Shown: piece by piece, positions 1 to 9,397 of the stretch
Layout: every line of letters starts with the position of its first letter
Numbering within the stretch: position 1 is the stretch's first letter
NCBI GenBank assembly: GCA_018714965.1
Contig: DVML01000022.1
Location: 1,065-65,064, forward strand
DNA: 64,000 bases
Origin: Candidatus Fimihabitans intestinipullorum
GTDB taxonomy: Bacteria; Bacillota_I; Bacilli_A; RF39; UBA660
Direction: 5' to 3'
Position numbers and translations under genes: made by a program
Notes under the pieces: generated by a model
Told to the model about the DNA's origin: nothing
Databases searched by the model: none
What the model saw: only the letters and a program-made list of their open reading frames with translations

Positions 1-1590
1 AAGGTGGGTGTATATTGCAGATTATCTGATGAAGATAGAGATAAATTAAATAAAAATGATGATAGTAATTCAATAGTAAATCAAAGAAGTATGTGTTTAA
101 AGTTTGCTAATCAAAATGGATGGAATGTTGTTGATATATATTCAGATGATGATTTTTCAGGAGCAGGAACTTATAGACCAGATTTTGAAAGATTAATTAG
201 TGATTGCAAAAGTGGAAAAATAAATTTAGTTTTATGTAAAAGTCAATCAAGATTTTCTAGAGATATGGAAGTTATTGAAAGATATTTGCATAATAAATTT
301 ATAGAATGGGGAGTTAGATTTGTAAGTATTGTTGATAATGCTGATACTAATATTGAATCTAACAAAAAGTCACGACAAATAAACGGACTTATTAATGAGT
401 GGTATTTAGATGATTTGTCGCAAAATATTAAAAAGTCATTAAAGAATAAAAGAGAAGATGGCCTATTTATGGGAAGTTTTGCTCCATATGGTTATGAACG
501 AAATGAAGATGGTCATAAATTAATAGTAGATCCAGTTGCAGCAGAAGTTGTAAAAAAGATATTTGAATTATATGCAAATGGATATGGATATCATAAAATA
601 TGTGAATATTTAAATAACAACAATATTCCAACAAGAGCAATATATAAGAAACAAAAAGGCAGTAAATTTGTATGCAATAATTGTGATTTGAAAAATTCAA
701 GGTGGACTTCTGATACGATTGCTCAAATACTTAAAAATGAAGTTTATATTGGAAACTTAGTTCAAGGGAAAATAACTTCAATGGGTTATAAAGTTCATAA
801 GTTTAAAAAAGTTAATGAAGAAGATTGGTGTAGAATAGAAAACACTCATGAAGCAATTATTGATAAGGAAACTTGGAGCAAAGTACAAAAAAGATTAAAA
901 TCCCATAGTAAACCTATAAAAACAGGAGAAGTTCATTTTTTTACTAAGAAAGTTTATTGTAGTTGCTGTGGAAAACCTTTTATGAGAAATGTTTACAATG
1001 TAAAAAATGAAAGTACTGGTAAAAGAGCATATATGCAGTGTAAAGGAAATAAAAAATATCATATATGCGAAAACAATAAATCTATCAGGATGGATAAATT
1101 AGAAGAAATAATACAAAATGCTATTAACGATTTACTTGATAATTATTATGATAAAAATAATTTAAAAGAGCTCTATGAAAATAGAAAAATGCAAGATACA
1201 AATAATAATGAACGAATTAATATATTAGAAAAGGAAAAAACAAATCTTGAAAAGAAAATAGATGATAATAAATGTTATTATCGCAATCTTTATGAAGATA
1301 AAGTTAAAGGAACTATTAACGATGATATGTTTAGTATGATGTCAAAAGACTATTTAAAGGAAATAGAAATAATGACTAAAAGAATAAATAATATTGATGA
1401 TGAAATAAAAAGTTTAGAAGTAGTTAAAGAAACTAGGAAACAAGCTGAAGATATATTGAAAAAATACAAACATATAAAAGAGTTAAACAAAATAATAATT
1501 GATGAGTTCATAGATAAAATATATATTGGAGAAATTGATAAAGAAACTAATTCAAGAGATATTGAAATAGAATGGAATTTTGAATTTTAG
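1..1590 (+). CDS. Large serine recombinase, the terminal gene of an element lying mostly left of the window; 5' end probably clipped by the window edge
   Basis: ORF 4..1590, with the frame open to base 1. Resolvase-type catalytic region (VYCRLSDED, SQSRFSRD), central recombinase domain, Cys-rich zinc ribbon (CSCCGKP...CKGNKKYHIC), C-terminal coiled coil. Confidence 0.85.
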   Translation, partial: KVGVYCRLSDEDRDKLNKNDDSNSIVNQRSMCLKFANQNGWNVVDIYSDDDFSGAGTYRPDFERLISDCKSGKINLVLCKSQSRFSRDMEVIERYLHNKFIEWGVRFVSIVDNADTNIESNKKSRQINGLINEWYLDDLSQNIKKSLKNKREDGLFMGSFAPYGYERNEDGHKLIVDPVAAEVVKKIFELYANGYGYHKICEYLNNNNIPTRAIYKKQKGSKFVCNNCDLKNSRWTSDTIAQILKNEVYIGNLVQGKITSMGYKVHKFKKVNEEDWCRIENTHEAIIDKETWSKVQKRLKSHSKPIKTGEVHFFTKKVYCSCCGKPFMRNVYNVKNESTGKRAYMQCKGNKKYHICENNKSIRMDKLEEIIQNAINDLLDNYYDKNNLKELYENRKMQDTNNNERINILEKEKTNLEKKIDDNKCYYRNLYEDKVKGTINDDMFSMMSKDYLKEIEIMTKRINNIDDEIKSLEVVKETRKQAEDILKKYKHIKELNKIIIDEFIDKIYIGEIDKETNSRDIEIEWNFEF

Positions 1591-1603
1591 AAAGAAATAA
1601 TAA

Positions 1604-2800
1604 ATTTGGATTTTCTATGTTCCTGCACATGGGGGAAGTGATCCGGGAGCAAGTGGAAATGGAATTATAGAAAAAGATTTAAATTTAAAAATATCTCAGT
1701 ATATGTATGAACGATTTAAAGAGTTGGGAATTCCTGTTTATATTACAAGAGATGAAGATGAAACTTTAAGTCCAACAGAACGCGTGAAACGTATTTTAAA
1801 TGCATTTGGAAACAGAGAAGATGTTATTGTAATTTCTAATCATATTAATGCAGATGCAACGACTGCAGATGGAGCAGAGGTTATATATGCGCTTCGAAAT
1901 AATGATGTATTATCAAGTTTGATTTTAGAAGAATTGCAAAAAGCAGGACAAAATATAAGATATGCATACCAGAGAAAACTGCCAAGTAATCAATCAAAAG
2001 ATTATTACTTTATACATAGAGATACCGGAGTGACACAGCCAGTTATTGTAGAATATGGTTTTTTAGATAGTAACAAAGATGATCCAGAACAGCTTAAAAA
2101 CAACTATAAATTATATGCAGAAGCAGTGGTTACTGCTGTGTTACGCTACTTGGGAATAGAAGGTCAACAACCAGGAACATATACAGTGAAATCTGGAGAT
2201 AGTCTTTGGAGCATAGCGAAGCGATATAATGTTACAGTTGATGCATTAAAAAGTGCGAATAAGTTAACGACTAATGTTTTATCGATTGGTCAAGTTTTAA
2301 AGATACCCGGACCTGTTGTAGATGACAATAACGGTATCGAAACTGAGATTATATATGTGGTTGCTCCTGGTGATAGTTTATGGGCGATTGCAAGACAATA
2401 CGGTGTCACAGTAGATCAATTAAAACAAGCTAATAATCTAGTGAATGATTTATTGAATGTCGGAATGGAATTAAAAATACCAACGAAAAGTACAATTCCG
2501 CCAACAAATGAGATGGAAGTTATCTATACTGTAAAACCTGGAGATTCTCTTTATCGTATTGCACTTGAAAATAATATCACAGTAGATCAATTGAAAAAAT
2601 ATAATAATTTAACAAGTGATATGTTATTGATAGGACAGAAATTGCGTATTCCGTCTGCGACCCAAACAGTATATGTCGTGAAGGCAGGGGACAGTCTTTG
2701 GAGTATAGCAAATCGGTATGGAACGACAATAGATGCACTGCGAAGAAAAAACAATTTAACAACAGACATATTATCGATTGGGCAAAGATTATATATATAA
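1604..2800 (+). pseudogene. N-acetylmuramoyl-L-alanine amidase (Amidase_3 type) with 4 LysM repeats, lacking a start codon and RBS (split or 5'-truncated gene)
   Basis: The frame of ORF 1703..2800 stays open back to 1604 and reads IWIFYVPAHGGSDPGASGNGIIEKDLNLKISQYMYERF. This already includes the HGG metal-binding motif, which lies about 13 aa from the N-terminus of the intact paralogue at 5218. In-frame stops at 1598 and 1601; no ATG/GTG/TTG start and no Shine-Dalgarno upstream. The recombinase stop codon is about 13 nt away. Confidence 0.7.
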
Positions 2801-2866
2801 AATATCTGCACGAAATTATCGTGTGGATTTTTATATTATTATGCTATAATGTGATAGAGGTGACTT

Positions 2867-3868
2867 ATGATTTATCCAAAGTTTTTACAACCAGGATCAC
2901 AAATATTAGTGATATCTCCAAGTGATGGTAATTCAGAACCACTAGCGGAATCAAGAATTACTATGGCAGCAAATAAATTTGAAAAAAGAGGGTATTCTGT
3001 ATTATTGGGAAAAGATATTTTCCACAGTGAAAAGAGTAGAAGTGCAGATGCATTGAAACGGGTAGAGGAAATTCATAATGGAATATCTGATTCTAATATA
3101 CAATTATTGATTGCAAGTGCTGGTGGAGAATATGCTATGGAAATATTACCATACTTAGATTTTTCGATTGTGCGTAAGAATCCAACATGGATTCAAGGCT
3201 TTTCGGACGTGACGATACTAACTTATACAGTTACAACTGTATGTGATATTGCAACTTTATACGCTTCAAATTTTAAGGACTTTAGCATGGAGAAACTTCA
3301 TCCAACGTTAATAAATAATTTAGAAATTTTAAATGGGAGAATCGTAGAACAATCGTCAGCAAAAATGTATCAGGATCAATATATCGAATATGTGGATGGC
3401 AATGAAGGATATCGATTAACTAGACCTGTTAAGTGGAAAGGAAATCCTTGTCATATGGAAGGAAGATTGCTTGGTGGATGTATTGATGTTTTATCTAATA
3501 TAGTGGGTACACCGTATGATCATACAAAGGAATTTATTGAAAAGTATCAAGAAGATGGAATGCTTTGGTATTTAGAAAATTGTGAGTTAAGTGAAGCAGA
3601 GTTTACGAGAGTATTATGGAAAATGCGCGAATGTGGTTGGTTTGAACATACTAATGGGATTTTGTTTGGAAGGTCTACTGTAGATGAAACATTATGGGAA
3701 CAATCTCCAAGTGAAATTGTTGATGAACAATTAGGAAAATATCATATTCCATGTTTATTTGATATTGATTTAGGACATAAACCACCTAGGATGACATTTA
3801 TCAATGGAGCATATGGGATTGTTGACTGGGATGGAAAAGAAGGAAAGTTTCAACAAATTTTAAAATAA
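2867..3868 (+). CDS. LD-carboxypeptidase (peptidase S66, LdcA/MccF-like)
   Basis: 333 aa; N-terminal LQPGSQILVISPS, GFSDVT nucleophile motif, C-terminal DIDLGHKPP. Confidence 0.7.
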   Translation: MIYPKFLQPGSQILVISPSDGNSEPLAESRITMAANKFEKRGYSVLLGKDIFHSEKSRSADALKRVEEIHNGISDSNIQLLIASAGGEYAMEILPYLDFSIVRKNPTWIQGFSDVTILTYTVTTVCDIATLYASNFKDFSMEKLHPTLINNLEILNGRIVEQSSAKMYQDQYIEYVDGNEGYRLTRPVKWKGNPCHMEGRLLGGCIDVLSNIVGTPYDHTKEFIEKYQEDGMLWYLENCELSEAEFTRVLWKMRECGWFEHTNGILFGRSTVDETLWEQSPSEIVDEQLGKYHIPCLFDIDLGHKPPRMTFINGAYGIVDWDGKEGKFQQILK

Positions 3869-3971
3869 AAAAAGATAGCCTTGATTATAATACCTTTAAA
3901 GTTCACACTAAATAAAAAGAACTAAAATATGGTAAAATTTATTTAGAAAGAACTTTGGAGGTATTTTTTTC

Positions 3972-4238
3972 ATGGGAAAACATAAGAAATGGACTTTAGA
4001 ACAAAAAATCAAAATAGTAAAAGAATTTAAAAATGGAACAACCATTTCATATTTAAACAATAAGTATGGAATATCTGGTATGGGTACAATAAGCAGATGG
4101 AATCAAGAATATGATAAAGGAATTCTAGCAAAAGATAATCGTGGTAAGAAAAAATATAATCAAGAATTGGAGGATATAGATATATTAAAAAAATCCTATG
4201 CTCTTCTGATGGAAATCCGCTCTCAGCAACACAAATAG
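3972..4238 (+). CDS. IS3 transposase OrfA (HTH)
   Basis: 88 aa with an HTH and leucine-zipper-like C-terminus; RBS GGAGG at 3957-3961. Confidence 0.8.
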   Translation: MGKHKKWTLEQKIKIVKEFKNGTTISYLNNKYGISGMGTISRWNQEYDKGILAKDNRGKKKYNQELEDIDILKKSYALLMEIRSQQHK

Positions 4239-5092
4239 AAAAATATCAAATTATCGATAGATTAAAATTTGAGTATCCTGTAGTTAGAATATGCAGAGTT
4301 TTAAATGTAAATAGACGAAGTTATTATAAGTGGTGTAAAATAGGAAAACCACTTGCTAATAACTATAAACAAGAAATTGCTGATGTGATATCAGAAGAGC
4401 ATAAAAATGTCAAAGGAATTTATGGAACAATCAGATTAAAAAAACATATAGAGAATAAATCAAATATCGTATTAAATCATAAATTAATACGAAGATATAA
4501 ACATATTTTAGGTTTAGAGACAGTAAAACGTACGAAAAAAGGATTATCAGTTTCTAAAGCAAAAGAAAAGAACCTTATAAACAAGGCTCCATACTTAGTT
4601 GAATGTAACTTTAATTCAGATGTACCCAATCAAAAATTTTCATCTGATGTAAGCTATATAAAATGTAAAGACGGAACTCTTTACTTGTCAGCTATTAAAG
4701 ATTACTTCAACACTGAAATTGTATCATTTTCTACGTCGAATTACAATAACATAGATTTAATAAAAGAAAGTTATAAAAATGTAAGGCCAGAAAAAGGTAC
4801 CATAATTAATACCGATCAAGGAGCGGTTTATTTTGCTTATGAATATGTAGAATTAGCGAATAAAATGGAATTTACTAGAAGTATGTCTCATCGTGGACGT
4901 TGTTGGGAAAATTGTCCGATTGAAAATTGGTTTATGCAATTAAAACATGAATGGCTTTGTCAATTTGATAAACTTACGAGAAAAGAAGCAGAAAAAGAAA
5001 TCAAAAAATACGTTCATTGGTATAACAACGAACGTATTCAAAAGAAACTTGGATATTTATCACCTGTACAATACAGACTTAAATATTCATAA
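4160..5092 (+). CDS. IS3 transposase OrfB frame (DDE/rve integrase core), expressed as an OrfAB fusion by -1 frameshift
   Basis: The -1 frame is open from 4160. TTA AAA AAA TCC slippery heptamer at 4187-4193 in the orfA frame. rve-type motifs (FSSDVSYI, NTDQGAVY, WYNNERIQKKLGYLSP). Confidence 0.8.
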   Translation, partial: SRIGGYRYIKKILCSSDGNPLSATQIEKYQIIDRLKFEYPVVRICRVLNVNRRSYYKWCKIGKPLANNYKQEIADVISEEHKNVKGIYGTIRLKKHIENKSNIVLNHKLIRRYKHILGLETVKRTKKGLSVSKAKEKNLINKAPYLVECNFNSDVPNQKFSSDVSYIKCKDGTLYLSAIKDYFNTEIVSFSTSNYNNIDLIKESYKNVRPEKGTIINTDQGAVYFAYEYVELANKMEFTRSMSHRGRCWENCPIENWFMQLKHEWLCQFDKLTRKEAEKEIKKYVHWYNNERIQKKLGYLSPVQYRLKYS

Positions 5093-5217
5093 AACAAATA
5101 TTTTTATTTAGTGTGTACTTGACAGGTACTAGTATCCTTGGCTATCTTTTTTTATTAATATTGCTACTATGGTAGCAAAGTAGGCATACTTACATATTTT
5201 AATGTAGGGGTGAATTT

Positions 5218-6429
5218 ATGATGGAACGAGCAATTACTGGGGTTGTAATAGATGCGGCACATGGGGGAGAAGATGCTGGCAATACGGGGAACGGAATTGT
5301 AGAGAAGGATCTAGCTCTGCAAATTTCTCAGTATATGTATCGACGTTTACAAGAGTTGGGTGTTCCTGTTACGCTAGTTAGGAATTCAGATGAAACGATT
5401 TCTAATGAAGAGCGTATTCGCCGTATTTTAGCTCCTTATGGAGAAGGAAGTAATGTGATTGTAATTTCTAATCACGTGAATGCGGGAGGTGCGGACGGTG
5501 CTGAAGTTGTATATGCTCTTCGAAATAATTCTACACTAGCAAATCAAATCGCACAAGAATTAGAATTGGCAGGACAAAATGTAATCAAAGTATATCAAAG
5601 AAGATTGCCAAGTGATACATCGAAAGATTACTATTTTATTCACCGAGATACAGGGAATACACAACCGATTATTATCGAATATGGATATGTAGATAGCAGT
5701 CAGGACGATCCAGAACAGTTAAAGAATAATTATGATCGCTATGCGGAAGCGGTGGTAAAGGCGATTGCAGCGTATATTGGAAAATCATATGTCCCAGAAT
5801 TAGATGAAAATAGCTATGTTGTAAAATCTGGCGATAGTTTGTGGAGTATTGCAAATCGTTATGGTCTTACAGTTGATCAGTTGAAGTCTGCCAATGGGTT
5901 AACGAGCAATTTACTACAAGTAGGGCAAGTGTTAACGATTCCTAAGAAAAGTACAGAATCACCGTCAGAATCTAATAATAATATTTATATTGTAAAATCC
6001 GGAGATAGTCTTTGGAGTATAGCAAATCGATATGGAACGACAGTATCAATTCTAAAGCAATTGAATGGTTTAACTTCCGATAATTTAAGTATAGGTCAAA
6101 AATTATATCTTCCTAATCAGGGAAGTGAGGAGAAGCCTGAAAATGTAACTTATGTTGTAAAAAGTGGAGATAGCTTATATACGATTGCGAGAAAGTATAA
6201 TACGACAGTAAATGATTTAATGAACTTGAATCAACTTAAAACGAGTTTACTGAGTATAGGGCAAGTTCTAAAAATCCCAAATAGCTCAGCTGGGACTGTC
6301 TACGTTGTGAAATCAGGAGATAGTCTTTGGAATATTGCAAATCGATATGGAACGACAGTCGATGCAATCAAACAAAAAAATGGATTAACGGGTAATAATT
6401 TAAGTATCGGTCAAGTATTATATATTTAA
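5218..6429 (+). CDS. N-acetylmuramoyl-L-alanine amidase (Amidase_3) with 4 C-terminal LysM repeats, intact
   Basis: 403 aa; VIDAAHGGEDAGN, EKDLAL, ISNHVNAG; four repeats of the YxVKSGDSLWSIAxRYG...IGQxL type. Confidence 0.85.
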   Translation: MMERAITGVVIDAAHGGEDAGNTGNGIVEKDLALQISQYMYRRLQELGVPVTLVRNSDETISNEERIRRILAPYGEGSNVIVISNHVNAGGADGAEVVYALRNNSTLANQIAQELELAGQNVIKVYQRRLPSDTSKDYYFIHRDTGNTQPIIIEYGYVDSSQDDPEQLKNNYDRYAEAVVKAIAAYIGKSYVPELDENSYVVKSGDSLWSIANRYGLTVDQLKSANGLTSNLLQVGQVLTIPKKSTESPSESNNNIYIVKSGDSLWSIANRYGTTVSILKQLNGLTSDNLSIGQKLYLPNQGSEEKPENVTYVVKSGDSLYTIARKYNTTVNDLMNLNQLKTSLLSIGQVLKIPNSSAGTVYVVKSGDSLWNIANRYGTTVDAIKQKNGLTGNNLSIGQVLYI

Positions 6430-6453
6430 AAAAAGCAACTTAGTTGCTTTTTT
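6428..6453. terminator. Bidirectional rho-independent terminator between the amidase and the cwlJ 3' fragment
   Basis: AAAAAAAGCAAC tta GTTGCTTTTTT: stem flanked by an A-run and a T-run. Confidence 0.7.
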
Positions 6454-6697
6454 AATGAAGTTCTTGACATTCTCCTTTATCTGGCTGATAAAAACAATGG
6501 TTTTTATATCTTCCAGCTAGTGTTTGATCCCACCATGTAGATGTACAATTGGTTCCTCTAGCAGGTGCATAAAACCATAAAGCGTTGGTAGCTGGATGAT
6601 AGTATTCTCCTCTAATTACTCGATCTGCTAAAGCTCTTTCTGTCGATGTTGGATTACTGAAAAAAAGAGGGCTATCTACCCCGGAGAAGCCACCAGG
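6452..6697 (-). pseudogene. cwlJ: 3' fragment of a cwlJ-type cell wall hydrolase (Hydrolase_2 family), separated from its 5' part by the prophage
   Basis: The minus-strand frame reads PGGFSGVDSPLFFSNPTSTERALADRVIRGEYYHPATNALWFYAPARGTNCTSTWWDQTLAGRYKNHCFYQPDKGECQELH*. It has no start, and a stop (TAA) lies immediately upstream at 6698-6700. Confidence 0.8.
6690..6694. other. att core, left junction
   Basis: ccccggagaagCCACCaggttattccaagttggtac: host sequence to the left, phage sequence to the right. Confidence 0.6.
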
Positions 6698-6715
6698 TTA
6701 TTCCAAGTTGGTACA

Positions 6716-8083
6716 CTACATTAAAAAGTTAATCTCGAATTCATTTTTACCTTTAATCTCAATCGATTCTATAATACTTCCCCACAGTTCTCTTTTTTCT
6801 TGGTTGTTTAATTTATCATAAGTTTTGAAAATATCACTTGATAAAAATGTTTGAATCTTGTTTAAATTAGTTTTAGTTTTATCGATGCTCTTATATTTTT
6901 TATTTTCTTCTAATATTTTTTTCAGAGAACTATATTGTTCATTGTAGTAATCTATATCAATCATATCATTTAAATATAATTCACTCAATTTGTTCATTTT
7001 TCTTTTAACTGAATCTATATTTATCTTTTTTTCATTTTGATTAACTTCATCAATTTTTAGCTTTTTTTGTTCGAACTGAGTAAAAATATTTTTAATTACA
7101 AACTCTTCTATTCTTTTTTCTGGTACGTTATATTTATTAGAACAATAATTGCTTTCATTTGCTCGTTTGCAACGATAGTAATGCATATTGTTTTTGCTTG
7201 CATATCGCCCTGACATTTTTCTTCCGCATTGTCCACATTTGATTAGTCTAGAAAAAATATACGGATCGGTATTTTTGTGTTTGATTTCTTTGATATTGTT
7301 TTTAAATAGCTCTTGAACGCGATAAAACACGTCCTCGTCAACGATTTGTGGGCAGAAGTCCTCTAATATCTCTCCGGTAGATTTTCTCACATAGCGACCG
7401 ATATAAGCAGTATTTTTTAGATATATTTTAATAGAATCGTAACTCTTCTGTGAACAATTTTGTTGAAACCAACGAACAGTCTTTGATAGATTGTTAGTCA
7501 ATAAATATTGATCAAACAATCCTTGAATATGTGGAGCAGTTTCAGGATCTATGACAATTTTTTTATCGTCAGAAATTTTGTACCCGTAAGGTACTTTTCC
7601 ACTACATACTGTTTTTTGAACGCGAAACTTGTGATCAAATACAGATACGATACGTTCACCCGTTCTCTTTGCTTCCATTTGCCCTAGCGATAGTGACATG
7701 TTAAGCCAAAATTCTCCAGATGCAGTTGTAGTATCATAATCTTCCCAGATTGTTTTCCAGGCAACATTATTTTTCTTCAAAATTTCAATGACCTTATAGA
7801 AATCGGCAATATTCCTAAACCATCTATCTAACTTCGTCATTAAAATTAGATCTATATGTCCGGTTTCTAAGTCTTTTAACATTCGTTGAAGATTAGTTCG
7901 TTTTAATTTTTGGCCAGATTCTCCACCATCGATATAGGTACCATATATTTTATATTTATTTTTCTTTGCGTAATCAGTCAGAGCTTTCTCTTGCGCCTCT
8001 AAAGAATCCCCCTCTTTTGCCTGACGATCCGTTGAAACACGAATATAGAGCGCAACTGTTTTGATTCTGTCTTTTTGTGTCAT
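6716..8083 (-). CDS. Large serine recombinase (phage integrase)
   Basis: 455 aa; VALYIRVSTDRQ catalytic Ser motif, TKLDRWFRN, recombinase domain, zinc ribbon CGQCGRKM...YYRC, coiled-coil tail. The stop codon lies 21 nt from the att core. Confidence 0.9.
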   Translation of the reverse strand: MTQKDRIKTVALYIRVSTDRQAKEGDSLEAQEKALTDYAKKNKYKIYGTYIDGGESGQKLKRTNLQRMLKDLETGHIDLILMTKLDRWFRNIADFYKVIEILKKNNVAWKTIWEDYDTTTASGEFWLNMSLSLGQMEAKRTGERIVSVFDHKFRVQKTVCSGKVPYGYKISDDKKIVIDPETAPHIQGLFDQYLLTNNLSKTVRWFQQNCSQKSYDSIKIYLKNTAYIGRYVRKSTGEILEDFCPQIVDEDVFYRVQELFKNNIKEIKHKNTDPYIFSRLIKCGQCGRKMSGRYASKNNMHYYRCKRANESNYCSNKYNVPEKRIEEFVIKNIFTQFEQKKLKIDEVNQNEKKINIDSVKRKMNKLSELYLNDMIDIDYYNEQYSSLKKILEENKKYKSIDKTKTNLNKIQTFLSSDIFKTYDKLNNQEKRELWGSIIESIEIKGKNEFEINFLM

Positions 8084-8279
8084 TATATCACTTCCATTTT
8101 TTAATGCTTTATGATATAATTATATACGAAAAACTCATATATAATTATTATGTAATTGCTTGTACTAATGTTATATTGTTTTTCATTTCGTTACTGCGCC
8201 AACAGTAACGTTTTTTTGATTTTAATAGTATCAAAGTTTACTAATTAACATATAATAATGATGAAAGAGCCTAAGAATC

Positions 8280-9287
8280 CTACGCGGACTTAGGACTTTT
8301 AATTTCAACCCAATTATCAGGAAAATTCATAATTTTTAATATATCCTGAATATTTAGTGTATGTAAATGTTTTTCCAAACTTTTTATTCGTCCATATATT
8401 TTATTATACATGGTTATAAAATCATCGTGATCTAACAGATTTTTTAATGATATTATTAGTGCAAATAAATCATTTTTTCCTTGTATATACATTTCTCCTT
8501 GACGCTTAATATTTAATTTTTTATGGTAGATATTATCTTTTATATAAATGTATTTGGGAACTTTAGTATTGTAAACTCTTTCATCATGTGCACATAGATT
8601 TCTATAAAAATTCATAATTTTTATAAATTGCATTAGCTCATCTTCTCTACAATTTAAATGTTTGGCAACAAGATTTCTTTCTTTCTGATTCATTAATTCG
8701 AAAAATTTACTAACGTCTCCGAAGGAGAATATGTTAATTAAGACCCATAATGGAACAAATCCATATGTTAACATATAGTGTTTAATATATTCTTTAGTAG
8801 TTATAGATGTTGAGGTTTTTTGCTGGATAATTATAATTAACTCTTGAATATGTTTAATTTGATTTAATTTAATTTTTTCACTTACTTTTACTGAATTGAA
8901 ATTTTCAAAACAATCAATTTTTAAATAATTATCGTTCCCGTGATGCATTGAAAAATAGTAGGAAATTAAAGTTTTAAGGGTATTTTCAATTTTTAAAATA
9001 TATTTCAAAAAGATATCTCTTAATGCACGATCAAAATCATATAACGCAAAAATTTCATCAAAAGTTGTTCCGTCCATATAATTAGTCTCATCTTTTAAAA
9101 AGGGTTCTTTATATCCGTTTATTACGTTGTAATAGTTATTGGTCAATAATTTTTTCTTTGTGTCTTCTGTATCTGTAATTATTACACCTCTAGATCTTAG
9201 TAAATTTATTTGCTCATCTAATGTTTTAAATTGCTTCATAATATAATAAAAAGTCTTCGGTCCCATGGGATACCGAAGCTCATTCAC
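8280..9287 (-). CDS. Abi_2 family (AbiD/AbiF-like) abortive infection protein
   Basis: 335 aa; N-terminal FKTLDEQINLLRSRGVII...LLTNNYYNVINGY, typical of the Abi-like family; CAHDERVYN motif. Confidence 0.7.
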   Translation of the reverse strand: MNELRYPMGPKTFYYIMKQFKTLDEQINLLRSRGVIITDTEDTKKKLLTNNYYNVINGYKEPFLKDETNYMDGTTFDEIFALYDFDRALRDIFLKYILKIENTLKTLISYYFSMHHGNDNYLKIDCFENFNSVKVSEKIKLNQIKHIQELIIIIQQKTSTSITTKEYIKHYMLTYGFVPLWVLINIFSFGDVSKFFELMNQKERNLVAKHLNCREDELMQFIKIMNFYRNLCAHDERVYNTKVPKYIYIKDNIYHKKLNIKRQGEMYIQGKNDLFALIISLKNLLDHDDFITMYNKIYGRIKSLEKHLHTLNIQDILKIMNFPDNWVEIKSPKSA

Positions 9288-9293
9288 ATCAAC

Positions 9294-9322
9294 ATTATAT
9301 AATTAAATGCTTGAACTGTCAA
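9294..9322 (-). promoter_or_regulatory. Consensus sigma-A promoter of the Abi gene; near-leaderless
   Basis: Minus strand TTGACA-17 nt-TATAAT. Only 6 nt separate the -10 from the GTG at 9287, and no Shine-Dalgarno is present. Confidence 0.6.
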
Positions 9323-9397
9323 TACCCACTGTTTAACTTTTTCTCCTTCCTATAAATTATTTAATATTATCTAATTATATACTAATGATATACTTTT

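Larger units (their letters stand above)
3883..5136 (+). mobile_element. IS3-family insertion sequence (1254 bp), apparently intact
   Basis: About 37-bp imperfect terminal inverted repeats: 3883 GATTATAATACCTTTAAAGTTCACACTAAATAAAAA versus the reverse complement of 5100..5136. CTT direct repeats at 3880-3882 and 5137-5139. orfA/orfB arrangement with an A7 slippery run. Confidence 0.85.

Noticed and set aside
467-700. Many track ORFs lie antisense to, or nested inside, strong genes. Examples: 467-700, 2577-2811, 5672-5854, 14810-15108, 21753-22424, 32801-33298, 35880-36206, 38409-38971, 46428-46703, 47537-47999, 49247-49489, 49361-49708, 55164-55553, 58977-59357 and 61014-61565.
   Set aside because: They overlap ORFs with clear family motifs on the other strand or frame. 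They lack an RBS and have skewed, low-complexity composition typical of shadow ORFs in AT-rich DNA.
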